Shown here: one piece after another, positions 10,316 to 20,692 of the stretch | How the letters are laid out: each line of letters opens with the position of its first letter | Position numbering within the stretch: the first letter of the stretch is position 1 | DNA from: Candidatus Latescibacterota bacterium | GTDB taxonomy: Bacteria > Latescibacterota > UBA2968 > GCA-2709665 | Length of the DNA: 64,000 nt | Reading direction: 5' to 3' | NCBI GenBank assembly: GCA_965219455.1 | Contig: OZ244744.1 | Coordinates: 160,001 to 224,000, forward strand | Position numbers and translations under genes: made by a program | Notes under the pieces: model-generated | Told to the model about the DNA's origin: nothing | Seen by the model: the letters and a program-made list of their open reading frames with translations, nothing else | Databases searched by the model: none

Positions 10316-12187
10316 ATGAACGTCCCCGACGTCGACCGTGTCATTCCTGAGACTCTGGAACATCCCTACCTCTTCTTTTCCAGGTCCGACCTGGAACGCG
10401 TGCGCGCACTCTGCCTCGACGGCACCCACGCGGAAATATACAGTCAGACGCGCGAGCGACTCAACGCTGGGCTCGATCATCCGTTCCCGGTGCCGCCACC
10501 CAGAGAGAAGAGCTATCGGAACGGCAACTGGGAAACATACAGCCGCCTTTCAGGCGAAGCCCGGACCCTCCTTGAAGATTATGTGCTGGCCTATGCGGTC
10601 GACCGGGACCAGGCCTACTTCGAAAAAGCCTGGGAGGGCCTCGCTTCGATGATGAGCTGGCCCTCGTGGGTCCACCCGGTCCACGAATTTATGCTTCTTG
10701 ATCTGGACGGCAGTCATACCTGTACCTGTTTCGCCGCTGCTTACGACCTGCTCTTCGACGCCCTTTCCGAAAATCAGCGCCGGGAACTCGAATTCATGAT
10801 CTTCGCGCGCGGTTTGGGCCATTGCATCGGCGGCATGCAACATCACTTCTGGGCGTCGCGGTACGACAGCAACTGGTGTTCCGTCTGCGTCTCGAACATG
10901 GGTCTCTGCGCCCTGGCTATGCTCGATGCAAGGCACATCCATCTTCGGACGGGCATTCGGCCTCGTGAAGCCATGCTCGGCGTCATTCGAGAATGCGTCG
11001 AACGCGTCACGAAATTCTACGATGCCATCCAAAACGACGGTTCGTGGAAGGAGGGTCCGGGGTACTGGAACTACGGCATCAGTACTTCCTTCCCCTTTTC
11101 CGATGCGCTTCGACGGCTCACCGGTGGACAGATCAACCTTTACGACCATCCCAAACTCAAAAATACGGTCGACTTTCCGATCAACTGTTTTCTCCCGCCC
11201 GACCGCGTGGTCAACTTTGCCGACTGCGGCAAACAGTTTCCCGGCGGTATGGCCTTCCGCAAATTCGCGCAGGAATTCGACCACGGCGCCGCGGCCTACT
11301 TCGATCGACTCACCACGGACAGCCGGCCCTCCATCAAATTGGCGGAGCTATTCTGGGATGCGTCCGATACCGTTCCCGAACTGCCCGTCGAGCCCCACCC
11401 GTCGGCCTACTTTCCCGACGCCGGCTGGTGCGTTATGCGAGGATCATGGCAGGATCCCGACGCCCCCGTCATGGCGCTGAAGATCGGCGCGACGGTCGAA
11501 CCCCACGGCCATGCGGATGTTGGAAACTACATTATCCACGCCGGCCGCCGGACTGCCGTCCGCGAACTCGGTATCGGTCGGTACGGGGATCCCGGCGAAT
11601 GGATCTTCAAATCGACCCACGGTCACAATCTGCCACTCTTCGACGAACAGGGCCAACCCGGCGACCGCCGCCTCGTAGGTACCGTGGAAGAGGTCGAATT
11701 CACGGCCAACCACGATTACCTCCGGGCTTCCATCTCCTCGGCCTACGACATCGACAAACTCACGGTTTTTGTCCGTCACTTTCTCTACATGCGTCCGGTT
11801 TTGTTTCTCGTCATCGACGAGATCGAAGTCACGGAGTCGACCGGAATGGAATCCCGCATTCACTTTGCAGGCACGGCGACGGCGACCGGGTCTTCGGCTA
11901 CTATCATGGCCGGAAATACAGTTGTGAACGCCCGCCTGTTGACCCCACCAGGCGCCGCGTTCGTCACGGGCAAACACATGGACCTCAAGCCGGGACACGC
12001 CGACGCCGAGAGTCTTGAAGTCGAATACCTCAAAGTCGATACCGTCCTGCAACCCGGGCGAGCCAGGTTCGCTGTCGCCTTCGGCATCGACTGCGACACC
12101 GCGGACGTTGCGTTACGAGCCGAAAACGGCCGCATCACTGTCTCACGGAACACACAGTCACTCAGCTTCCACACGGCCTTTGTATAA
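10316..12187 (+). CDS. Heparinase II/III-like polysaccharide lyase
   Basis: HPYLFFS start, SNWCSVC, EGPGYWNYG, NFAD, HGHADVGNY, HNL motifs. Confidence 0.75.
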   Translation: MNVPDVDRVIPETLEHPYLFFSRSDLERVRALCLDGTHAEIYSQTRERLNAGLDHPFPVPPPREKSYRNGNWETYSRLSGEARTLLEDYVLAYAVDRDQAYFEKAWEGLASMMSWPSWVHPVHEFMLLDLDGSHTCTCFAAAYDLLFDALSENQRRELEFMIFARGLGHCIGGMQHHFWASRYDSNWCSVCVSNMGLCALAMLDARHIHLRTGIRPREAMLGVIRECVERVTKFYDAIQNDGSWKEGPGYWNYGISTSFPFSDALRRLTGGQINLYDHPKLKNTVDFPINCFLPPDRVVNFADCGKQFPGGMAFRKFAQEFDHGAAAYFDRLTTDSRPSIKLAELFWDASDTVPELPVEPHPSAYFPDAGWCVMRGSWQDPDAPVMALKIGATVEPHGHADVGNYIIHAGRRTAVRELGIGRYGDPGEWIFKSTHGHNLPLFDEQGQPGDRRLVGTVEEVEFTANHDYLRASISSAYDIDKLTVFVRHFLYMRPVLFLVIDEIEVTESTGMESRIHFAGTATATGSSATIMAGNTVVNARLLTPPGAAFVTGKHMDLKPGHADAESLEVEYLKVDTVLQPGRARFAVAFGIDCDTADVALRAENGRITVSRNTQSLSFHTAFV

Positions 12188-12238
12188 ATCCCGGCCTGCC
12201 GGCGGCAAACCTGCAGCGGTCTCACACCCGCCCATTCC

Positions 12239-13024
12239 ATGCGAATTACCACCTGGAACGTGAACGGCCTGCGCGCCGCACTCAGAAAAGGCTTTGCCCG
12301 GCAAGTTGAACGGATCGCGCCGGACGTACTCCTCCTCCAGGAAGTCCGTGCGCTCCCTGAGCAGCTTCCCGGCGAGTGGATCAATCCGCTCGGCTGGCAT
12401 GTTCACTGGCATCCCGCCGAACGTAAAGGGTACTCCGGGGTTGCGGTCTGGTCCCGCCATCGGTTTGAGGTCCTCGGCACCGGCATCCACGAGTCCGATC
12501 CGGAAGGACGGATCCTTCAGGTACGTGTGAAGGGTATCCGATTGGTAAACGTCTACCTTCCATCCGGCTCATCCAGTGAAGATCGCCAGAAGATCAAGGA
12601 AGATCTCTGGATGGCCCGGTTTCTACCGTGGTCTAAGCAACACACGCAACGTAATGAGCCCGTGATTCTGGGCGGCGACTTCAACATTGCTCACACGGCA
12701 AAGGACATTTTCTATGCCAAAGGGAACGAAAAAAACTCAGGATTCCTGCCACACGAAAGGCAATGGATGACCGACCTGCTGGCTGCCGGTTGGAACGACT
12801 TTGCGCGGCAGCACTTTGGAGATGTACAGGGTCCCTATTCCTGGTGGTCCAATCGCGGGAGGGCCCGCGAATTCGACCGGGGCTGGCGAATCGACTACCT
12901 GCTCGGGAATGCCGCGGTCGCCAGACGTTTCCGTGCCGCCGCAGTACACCGCCAGGCCGGTCTGACCGTTTCCGACCATGCTCCCGTGAGCATCGATCTG
13001 GAAGACACCCCGAGTCCGATCTGA
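12239..13024 (+). CDS. xth: Exodeoxyribonuclease III
   Basis: TWNVNGLRA, GYSGVA, GDFNIAH, GWRIDY, SDHAP. Confidence 0.95.
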   Translation: MRITTWNVNGLRAALRKGFARQVERIAPDVLLLQEVRALPEQLPGEWINPLGWHVHWHPAERKGYSGVAVWSRHRFEVLGTGIHESDPEGRILQVRVKGIRLVNVYLPSGSSSEDRQKIKEDLWMARFLPWSKQHTQRNEPVILGGDFNIAHTAKDIFYAKGNEKNSGFLPHERQWMTDLLAAGWNDFARQHFGDVQGPYSWWSNRGRAREFDRGWRIDYLLGNAAVARRFRAAAVHRQAGLTVSDHAPVSIDLEDTPSPI

Positions 13025-13078
13025 TCCGGTCTTCAGTGTCCATGGTCCCCTCGGTCCACTCAAAAAGGAGAATCGCAC

Positions 13079-13825
13079 TTGACCATCCGACCAAACCGCG
13101 TCAAACGAAAACTCGCCAACGGCAAAGTCGCCTGCGTCGCCGGCGGCCTCACCCATCCCGACGACATCGACGCCTTTGGCCATACCGGATTCGACGGCGT
13201 CTGGCTGGAAGGAGAACACGGGCCCGTCAACGCGGCCGACCTCGGCAACCTCACGAGGGCGTGCGACATCTGGGATATGACCTCGATCGTCAGGGTCAAC
13301 CGCAACGATCAGGCCCTCATATACCGCACGCTGGACCGGGGTGCGCAGGGCATCGTCGTTCCCCACGTCAATACCGATACGGAGGCGCGCAACGTCGTGG
13401 ATGGCGGCAAATTCGCTCCGTTGGGCAAACGCGGCCTCTTCACCAGCCGCCAGGGCTATGGCGTAAGCGACTACCTGCAGGCCGCAAACAACGAGACGCT
13501 TTTCGTCGTACTCATCGAGGACATCGTCGCGGTGCGGAACCTGGACACCATCCTCGGCGTGGATCACATTGACGTTTTCTTTGTCGCTCCGTCGGATCTG
13601 GCCGCCTCAATGGGCCATATTGGAAACAACGACCACCCCGATGTGCAACGCACCGTCGACGAGACCCTGATCCGCATACGGGATGCGGGACGCACGCCAG
13701 GCACCCTGACCGGCAACAATAACGTGGAGAAATACACGGACCTGGGCGCGCGTTTTCTGTTGACCAATATCGGCCCATGGATCACCGCGGGGGCCGCTGA
13801 TTACCTGGAGCGGGCAGGGAGATAG
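13079..13825 (+). CDS. HpcH/HpaI family aldolase
   Basis: WLEGEHGP, LDRGAQGIVVPHV, VLIED, FVAPSDLAASMG. Confidence 0.9.
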   Translation: MTIRPNRVKRKLANGKVACVAGGLTHPDDIDAFGHTGFDGVWLEGEHGPVNAADLGNLTRACDIWDMTSIVRVNRNDQALIYRTLDRGAQGIVVPHVNTDTEARNVVDGGKFAPLGKRGLFTSRQGYGVSDYLQAANNETLFVVLIEDIVAVRNLDTILGVDHIDVFFVAPSDLAASMGHIGNNDHPDVQRTVDETLIRIRDAGRTPGTLTGNNNVEKYTDLGARFLLTNIGPWITAGAADYLERAGR

Positions 13826-13999
13826 ACACGGACGCGGTCGTGATATCCGCGAGACAACATACGGTTGCGTCGGTACGATAGATTCGCCGGTCCATGAGAC
13901 GCCGACGGCGCAGAGAAACAGCGGAACCCCGCGCTGACATCGCTGGAATCGCAACAGGCACCCGTACGGAATCCACGTCAAACACGAAACGAGAACGCT

Positions 14000-16711
14000 A
14001 TGAAGACCAGCACCACGCCCGTCCGACGCCCCACAACCCTGTTTAAGTCACAGGATCTCGAAGTCGCTCGCGGGAACATCGAACGTCACGCCTGGGCCCG
14101 GCGTTACCTGGAAGATCTCCTGTCGTCAGTCGAACAGGTGCGGCACACGACCGTCCAGGACCTCAAAGACTGGATTCCACCGGAAACCCCCGGCAGCGAA
14201 CTCTTTACCATGTGCCCCGCCTGCGAGGCGGCCCCTGTTCACGGACACTACAAATGGGTACCGGAGAATCCCGATCAGCTGATCTGTACGACCTGCAAGA
14301 CCGTCTATCCCCATTCCGACTACCCCGAAGACGTGGTATTCAAGACCGACTTCGGAGGGGGGCAGGAAATCACGTACTACACGGGCAAACACTGGGACCT
14401 CATCGGGTTTCCCTTTGTCTCCTCCTGGACCGCCAATATCCGAGCCCGCAAATGCGAGTATATGGCGCGCATCGCCCGTCAATGCGCCGTGGCCCATGTC
14501 CTGACACAGGAGATCGGCCACGCCGAAAAGACCAGGGACATCCTGCTGAGATTCGCCGAGGTCTATCCCGGTTACATGGTTCACTCCGGATACGGCGAGT
14601 TTTCGGATGCGCCCGCGGAGGTCGCCGCGAGAAATATCCTGGATCTGCCCAAACCGGAACTGGTGGTGCCGCCAAACCGACCGGACCGCAAACTGCACGT
14701 GGGCTACTGGATGGCCGGACGCGCCACCGGAGTGGGCATGGAAGGCACCTTCGTTTCCGATGTCACCGTCGCCTACGACCTCACGTGCGGTTCGGACGCC
14801 GGCGGCAGTCCGGTGTACACCCCAGGAGTCCGTCACAAGATTGAGCACGATCTCCTTCGTGAAAGCACTGCCCTTCTCCTCGCGGATCCCAACTTCAACA
14901 ACAAGAGCGCTACCAACCGCTCTGCCGCGGGCCTTGTCGGCCTTTGTCTTGCCGATCCGAATCTGGTCCGCTTTGGCCTGGACGGGTTCAATCACTTCAT
15001 CTACAACTGGTTTCTGGAAGATGGAATGAGTTCCGAATCGCCCGGTTATGGATTCATGACGCTCAACGGCATTCGCCACTTCGGCGACGCCGCGCATGGG
15101 TACGCCGATTCGGCGGAATCCGGCTCACCGGAACTGGACATCTACGGTGACAGCCGGTACAGGGCCGTACTGGAGGGATACGTCAAGAGCCCGATGCCCG
15201 ATCTGGGTTACGGCGTAATCGCCGACGACGTAACGGCATGCAGGATGTCCGTTGACATAGCCGATATACTCGTCGCCCGCTACGGCGACGCAAACCACAT
15301 TGCCATGCTTGCCGAACTGTGCGAATACGATCTGGAAAACCACGGGGGTGAGTTCGCGCTGTTTCACCGACCACCGGATTTGAGAGCCGACCCGTCGGCT
15401 CCGCTCATCCTTACCGACCGGTTTTTCCCGGACCTGCGCATCGGACTTCTGCGCACAGGGGAACAAGGACGTGCGAGTACCGCGCTCCTGAGCGCCTCGG
15501 ATTGGGGTGGGCATCACCACGAAGACAGCCTGAATCTTGTCTACTGGAAGGACGGACAGGAAGCCCTGACCGACCTCGGTTACCTCTGGGACCGGCCCGA
15601 CAAACACAATACCGTTCGAACCATTGCGCACAACACCGTGATCGTCGACGAGCAAGACCAGAAACGCGACGGCCGCGGCGGCAGCCTCCACCTGTTCGAC
15701 GGCACAGACCGGATAAAGGTCGCCGCAGTTTCTTCCAGGGCCTACGAGGTCGACACCTATCATCGCCTGTGCGCCGTAATCGACCATGGTGGCGGCAGCT
15801 ATTTGATCGACTGTTTTCGGGTGACGGGCGGCGGCGTTCACGATTATCTGTTCCACGGCCCGGTCGCCGACGGTGTACCGCGAAATCTGCACCTTCAACC
15901 GACCGACGCCGAATGGCGAGATTTGACGAGCCTGTCCGCCGCTCAGACCGACACGCCCTGGTCCATCCACTTCGACCTGGACCGGCAACGGTTCACTGCC
16001 TACGCGCTGCCATGCGCCGAGGAGCAGGTCCTCATCGGAAGGGGATGGGGCGAACGGGGCACCGGCTCACGCGACAACGTCCAAACCGGCGAAACCGTAC
16101 CGTATGTGATCCGCCGCCGCACCGGCCTGCCGGCCCACAGCGTCTTTCTTAGCCTCTTCGACGTCAGTCCCCCTTCCCGTCCGTTCGTAACGGCCGTGGC
16201 GAGCCCGGTCTCCTGCTCCGGGGACGGCGTGGGTGTCCGCGTCACCCGCGAATCGGGCACGGATTTCGTGACGGTCTGTCCTGATGGTCAAACCGCTGCT
16301 TTTGAATTTCCGGAAGGGTCCCTTGAAACGAATGGCCGCGTTTCCGTATTCTCCCTGGCATCGGACGGGGAACTGGCGTTTGCCTATCTTCTTGGCGGTA
16401 CACGGGCCAGCCTGAACGACCACGTGCTCGAGCTTGAGGAACCCCTTCTCAGCGGTACGGTTGAGGACGTGATTACGGATAACATCAGCAGCCTTTACCG
16501 AATCGACCGGCCGTTGTCCGACGAGAATCTTATCGGCAAGACATTCCTGGTCCGGGGCGGACCCTATGACACGGGATACCCCGTTCTCCACGTTGAATCC
16601 GACGATCACTCGGCGTGCATCTACACCAAACGTGACGGTCTCGGATACGATGCCATACCCGCCGAAACGTGGAAAATCGTGAACAGCACCGAACATCTAG
16701 CAGCCCGTTGA
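14000..16711 (+). CDS. Large heparinase II/III-like lyase (903 aa)
   Basis: ESPGYG, GHHHEDSLNL, DLGY, TIAHNTVIVD; the stop codon is supplied by a MITE. Confidence 0.72.
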   Translation: MKTSTTPVRRPTTLFKSQDLEVARGNIERHAWARRYLEDLLSSVEQVRHTTVQDLKDWIPPETPGSELFTMCPACEAAPVHGHYKWVPENPDQLICTTCKTVYPHSDYPEDVVFKTDFGGGQEITYYTGKHWDLIGFPFVSSWTANIRARKCEYMARIARQCAVAHVLTQEIGHAEKTRDILLRFAEVYPGYMVHSGYGEFSDAPAEVAARNILDLPKPELVVPPNRPDRKLHVGYWMAGRATGVGMEGTFVSDVTVAYDLTCGSDAGGSPVYTPGVRHKIEHDLLRESTALLLADPNFNNKSATNRSAAGLVGLCLADPNLVRFGLDGFNHFIYNWFLEDGMSSESPGYGFMTLNGIRHFGDAAHGYADSAESGSPELDIYGDSRYRAVLEGYVKSPMPDLGYGVIADDVTACRMSVDIADILVARYGDANHIAMLAELCEYDLENHGGEFALFHRPPDLRADPSAPLILTDRFFPDLRIGLLRTGEQGRASTALLSASDWGGHHHEDSLNLVYWKDGQEALTDLGYLWDRPDKHNTVRTIAHNTVIVDEQDQKRDGRGGSLHLFDGTDRIKVAAVSSRAYEVDTYHRLCAVIDHGGGSYLIDCFRVTGGGVHDYLFHGPVADGVPRNLHLQPTDAEWRDLTSLSAAQTDTPWSIHFDLDRQRFTAYALPCAEEQVLIGRGWGERGTGSRDNVQTGETVPYVIRRRTGLPAHSVFLSLFDVSPPSRPFVTAVASPVSCSGDGVGVRVTRESGTDFVTVCPDGQTAAFEFPEGSLETNGRVSVFSLASDGELAFAYLLGGTRASLNDHVLELEEPLLSGTVEDVITDNISSLYRIDRPLSDENLIGKTFLVRGGPYDTGYPVLHVESDDHSACIYTKRDGLGYDAIPAETWKIVNSTEHLAAR

Positions 16712-16860
16712 AAAAGTCCATCCGGGCTACGTCCGGCCCTTGTGGCCGAAATACTGCGTTGCGCTCCCTTCCCGAATCCCCCGATTCGACGCGGTCGCGC
16801 GCCTTGTCCTCGGCCACAATGACTCGGCCTCGCCTGCAGAGCGACTTTATCAACAGACTG
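16701..16860. mobile_element. MITE family A, copy 2 (160 bp, inverted relative to copy 1)
   Basis: CAGCCCGTTGAAAAAGTC ... GACTTTATCAACAGACTG; direct repeat CTAG at 16697-16700 and 16861-16864. Confidence 0.9.
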
Positions 16861-16871
16861 CTAGCTAATAA

Positions 16872-16900
16872 TTGACAAACACGCTCGTTTTTGTTACGTT
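16872..16900 (+). promoter_or_regulatory. sigma-70-type promoter
   Basis: TTGACA-N17-TACGTT upstream of the polyprenyl synthase and secDF. Confidence 0.55.
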
Positions 16901-16979
16901 GGAAGGTCTTATCCCGATATTGAAACTGCAGTATTCACAGGTTTGACCTGCGGTTTGAAGACGGCCATCCCAGGACCCT

Positions 16980-17945
16980 ATGTTAGATCAGATTCTTCAG
17001 CCCATACAACCCCAGATCGAGCGTTTTGAACGGCGTTTCACAGAGACGCTGGCCTCCGATGTCAATCTGGTTCAGGCCATGGGCAGCCATATTCTCACCA
17101 CGAAGGGAAAAATCATTCGTCCGGCCCTCTCTCTACTTACCGCGCAGGCCATCGGGCAATGTTCCAACAGGGTCGTGGATGCGGCGGCCGGAATCGAAAT
17201 CATCCACACAGCAACGCTTATCCACGACGACGTTATCGATCTTGCCGACAAACGCCGGGGTGCGGAGGTTCTCAACCTCAAATGGGGCAATAAGGCAGCA
17301 GTCCTGATGGGAGACTTTCTCCTGGCCAGGGCTTTGCAGCTTCTGGTCGGCCTCGACTCCATGGAAGTGATGCGAGCCGCTACACGCGCCGTCAGCCGGA
17401 TGATTGAGGGCGAAATTCTGGAGGTCGAGAGCGGAAACGATGCCGAGGCCGCGCGCTATTTCAAAATGATCGACAAGAAAACCGCATCGCTGATGGCCCT
17501 GGCCTGCGAGGTCGGCGCCATATTGGGCGGCGGCACACCCGAGCAGGTCTCGCGGATGTCCACGTTCGGAAAGGAAGTGGGAATCGCCTTCCAGATCACC
17601 GACGATTTGCTGGACTTTATCGGTGACGAAGCCTCTCTGGGCAAGCCGGTGGGCAGCGACGTACGCGAGAGAAAACTGACCTTGCCGCTAATTCGCGCTC
17701 TGGCCAATTGCCCCAACGGCGACGCCGAACTGATACAGGCAAAAGTACGGGACGGCATTGAATCCGATGCCGAACTCCAGGAAGTTTTCCACTTCGTAAG
17801 GCGTTACGAGGGTATCGAAGCCGCCCGCCAGGAAGCACGGGAGTATGCGTCGTCCGGTCTGAAGAGCCTGGCCGAACTGAAATCGTCGGAAGCCAGAAAT
17901 GCACTTGAACTCGCCGTGAGACATGTGGTCGATCGGCAGAAGTAG
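16980..17945 (+). CDS. Polyprenyl diphosphate synthase (IspB/HepT-like)
   Basis: LIHDDVID..RRG (FARM) and FQITDDLLD (SARM). Confidence 0.93.
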   Translation: MLDQILQPIQPQIERFERRFTETLASDVNLVQAMGSHILTTKGKIIRPALSLLTAQAIGQCSNRVVDAAAGIEIIHTATLIHDDVIDLADKRRGAEVLNLKWGNKAAVLMGDFLLARALQLLVGLDSMEVMRAATRAVSRMIEGEILEVESGNDAEAARYFKMIDKKTASLMALACEVGAILGGGTPEQVSRMSTFGKEVGIAFQITDDLLDFIGDEASLGKPVGSDVRERKLTLPLIRALANCPNGDAELIQAKVRDGIESDAELQEVFHFVRRYEGIEAARQEAREYASSGLKSLAELKSSEARNALELAVRHVVDRQK

Positions 17946-18031
17946 GTCGACACGACCGCAGGAACAGCATTCGGCGCCCGACGCCATCCCGATCCCGGAT
18001 CCATCGTGTTCACAGGAGTCAAAACTCAACA

Positions 18032-20584
18032 ATGAAAAGAGATAACCTTCGCGTTCTGATTATCCTCGCTGCGATCGTCCTCGCGTTGTATTACCTTTTT
18101 CCCACGTACCGGTATTATTTCGACCCGCCGGCGGATCCCGATAAACTCGAAGCCGTCAAACGGGAAGCCGTCAACCTGGGGCTGGATCTCCAGGGCGGCA
18201 TCCACCTGGTTCTTGAGGTGGATCCGACCGGCCTTTCCGAAGACGAACGGACGGATGTTGTAGATCGCGTCAAAGAAATCATCACCAACCGGGTTGATCA
18301 GTTCGGTGTGGCGGAACCCATTATCCATCGGGAGGGGGAGTGGCGCATTGTGGTCGAACTTCCTGGCGTGCAGAATGTGGAGCGCGCCAAGAATCTCATA
18401 CAGACGCAGGCGCGCCTGGAATTCAAAATCCTCGCGCCCGTAACCGACCGCTTCGGTGTACTCGACAAAATCGAAACGCGCCTGGCCGCAAGAGCCGGAG
18501 AAGACACAACGAAAAAGGACGTTGCCGGCCTATTTGAAGAGGAGGCCGTCGATGAAAAACCCTCGATTAAACGATATGTACTCTCCCTGGGCGAAGATCT
18601 GATTGTTCCTGCCGACAGGATACAGACCGTAAAGGCCATCCTGTTTGAAGATCCGGAAATCCGTGAGCTCATTCCGGACGATACGGAGTTCCTCTGGGGA
18701 AACGAAGTGGAAGAATTCGGCGATGGTCAGATGTACCGGCGGCTCTATTATCTGTACAAGCGCATCGAAATGACCGGCGACATCGTTCAGGACGCCAAGG
18801 TTACCAAGGGTCAGAGTTTTGAAAATGCCGGGCAGCCCATAATCAACTTTTCCACAACAAACGAAGGCATCAAACGCTTTTCCCGGGTGACCGGGGCCCA
18901 CCTCGAAGAACGCATGGCCATCATTCTCGATGACCAGGTCTACTCGGCGCCTACCATTCGCGCGAAAATTCGTGATGGCCGGTCCATTATCGAAGGCAGC
19001 GGCGACCTGGATGAGGCGAAAGACCTGGCCATTGTGCTGCGGGCGGGTGCCCTTCCGGCCAACGCGCCGATTGTAGAAGACCGAACCGTCGGTCCCTCGC
19101 TCGGACGGGACTCCATTGAGCAGGGGCGGAAGGCCGCCCTGATCGGTCTGGCCATCGTTATGGCATTTATGGTCCTTTACTACGGCCTTTCCGGGATCGT
19201 AGCCAACTTTGCATTGTTCCTGAATCTCCTGTTCGTCATGGCGATCCTGGCGGGGTTCGGCGGCACGCTCACCTTGCCTGGAATTGCCGGGATTATTCTA
19301 ACGATCGGTATTGCAGTCGACGCCAACGTGCTCATCTTCGAGCGTATCCGTGAAGAGTTGCGCAACGGCAAGACCCTCCGCGTCGCCGTCGAAGACGGGT
19401 ACGGCAGAGCGCTGCTCACCATTGTCGACGCCAACGTCACCACGGTAATAACCGCCGTTGTGCTCTACCAGTTCGGTACGGGTCCCATCCGGGGCTTCGC
19501 ACTGACCCTCATGGTCGGTATTCTCTGCAGTATGTTCACAGCCCTGTTCGTGACGCGGACCCTCTTCAGAATCGCGATCAAACGCTGGCAACTGACGTCC
19601 ATCAGTATTGGCAGACTGACCATATTCCATCGTCCATCATTTGACTTCCTGAGCCTGCGCAAACCGGCGTTCGTGCTTTCGGCGCTTCTTATCCTGATCG
19701 GTCTGGGTTCCACGATTTACAGGGGAGGCTACAACCTCGGAATTGACTTCGCGGGCGGTACCCTGTTGGAGTTGCACTTCGAACCTCCGGTCGAGGTTGC
19801 AAACCTGCGGGCTACCCTGCAAGACGTCGACGTGAAGGGTGAAAGACGCGACTTGAGACACAGCGAGATCAAAATTTTCGGCCCGGCTTCAGATATTCTG
19901 ATTCGCGTCGAGGAAGAAACCGAAGGGACAGTCACGGCGGACGCCATAAAAAACACGCTCAAGTCGGAATTTGCGTCCAGCATTCCCGATCCAACGCAGT
20001 GGTTGAGGCGTCAGGAGGCAGTGGGGCCCAAGATCGGCAGTGAACTCAAACAAAACGCCGTTAATGCAATTCTCGTCTCGCTGGTCCTGATCGTTTTCTA
20101 CATCTGGTGGCGTTTCAAGCAGATCCAGTTCGGCATCGCCGCCGTCGTGGCGCTGTTCCACGACGTCCTGCTCACTCTTGGCGTTTTTTCCCTGTTGGAT
20201 AAAGAGATTTCTCTCGCTATCGTGGCCGCGTTGCTTACGATCGTTGGATACTCGCTGAACGATACGATCGTGGTATACGATCGCATCCGGGAAAATCGGA
20301 AGCTTTACCGGCGAGACAATTCGGCCGAGGTTATCAACCGAAGCATCAACGAGAGCCTCAATCGGACGGTTCTTACCTCAGGTACAACGCTGCTCGTTGT
20401 CCTGGGCCTGCTTCTCCTCGGCGGGGAGGTCATTCACGATTTTGCTTTCGCATTGATGATCGGCGTGATCGTAGGAACCTATTCATCTTCATTCGTGGCC
20501 AGTCCTCTCGTGCTGGTCTGGCAGAATGCCATTGATCGCCGGAAAGAGACCGCAGCAGTGTCCTCCCGCCGGGCGAGAGCATAA
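18032..20584 (+). CDS. secDF: Fused protein translocase subunit SecDF
   Basis: LGLDLQGG, VGPSLG, DANVLIFERIREE, GIDFAGG, GYSLNDTIVVYDRIRE. Confidence 0.96.
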   Translation: MKRDNLRVLIILAAIVLALYYLFPTYRYYFDPPADPDKLEAVKREAVNLGLDLQGGIHLVLEVDPTGLSEDERTDVVDRVKEIITNRVDQFGVAEPIIHREGEWRIVVELPGVQNVERAKNLIQTQARLEFKILAPVTDRFGVLDKIETRLAARAGEDTTKKDVAGLFEEEAVDEKPSIKRYVLSLGEDLIVPADRIQTVKAILFEDPEIRELIPDDTEFLWGNEVEEFGDGQMYRRLYYLYKRIEMTGDIVQDAKVTKGQSFENAGQPIINFSTTNEGIKRFSRVTGAHLEERMAIILDDQVYSAPTIRAKIRDGRSIIEGSGDLDEAKDLAIVLRAGALPANAPIVEDRTVGPSLGRDSIEQGRKAALIGLAIVMAFMVLYYGLSGIVANFALFLNLLFVMAILAGFGGTLTLPGIAGIILTIGIAVDANVLIFERIREELRNGKTLRVAVEDGYGRALLTIVDANVTTVITAVVLYQFGTGPIRGFALTLMVGILCSMFTALFVTRTLFRIAIKRWQLTSISIGRLTIFHRPSFDFLSLRKPAFVLSALLILIGLGSTIYRGGYNLGIDFAGGTLLELHFEPPVEVANLRATLQDVDVKGERRDLRHSEIKIFGPASDILIRVEEETEGTVTADAIKNTLKSEFASSIPDPTQWLRRQEAVGPKIGSELKQNAVNAILVSLVLIVFYIWWRFKQIQFGIAAVVALFHDVLLTLGVFSLLDKEISLAIVAALLTIVGYSLNDTIVVYDRIRENRKLYRRDNSAEVINRSINESLNRTVLTSGTTLLVVLGLLLLGGEVIHDFAFALMIGVIVGTYSSSFVASPLVLVWQNAIDRRKETAAVSSRRARA

Positions 20585-20601
20585 CCCGGCAATCTGAACC
20601 C

Positions 20602-20640
20602 AATAGGAAAGCCCGGCGATGTTCGCCGGGCTTTCCTATT
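20602..20640. terminator. Bidirectional terminator between convergent secDF and PBP1A
   Basis: AATAGGAAAGCCCGGCGA-TGT-TCGCCGGGCTTTCCTATT perfect hairpin. Confidence 0.85.
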
Positions 20641-20692
20641 GTTATCTGCAAATTACGCTGTTTGGTCGATTCCAAAAACACGGGACGGGACA

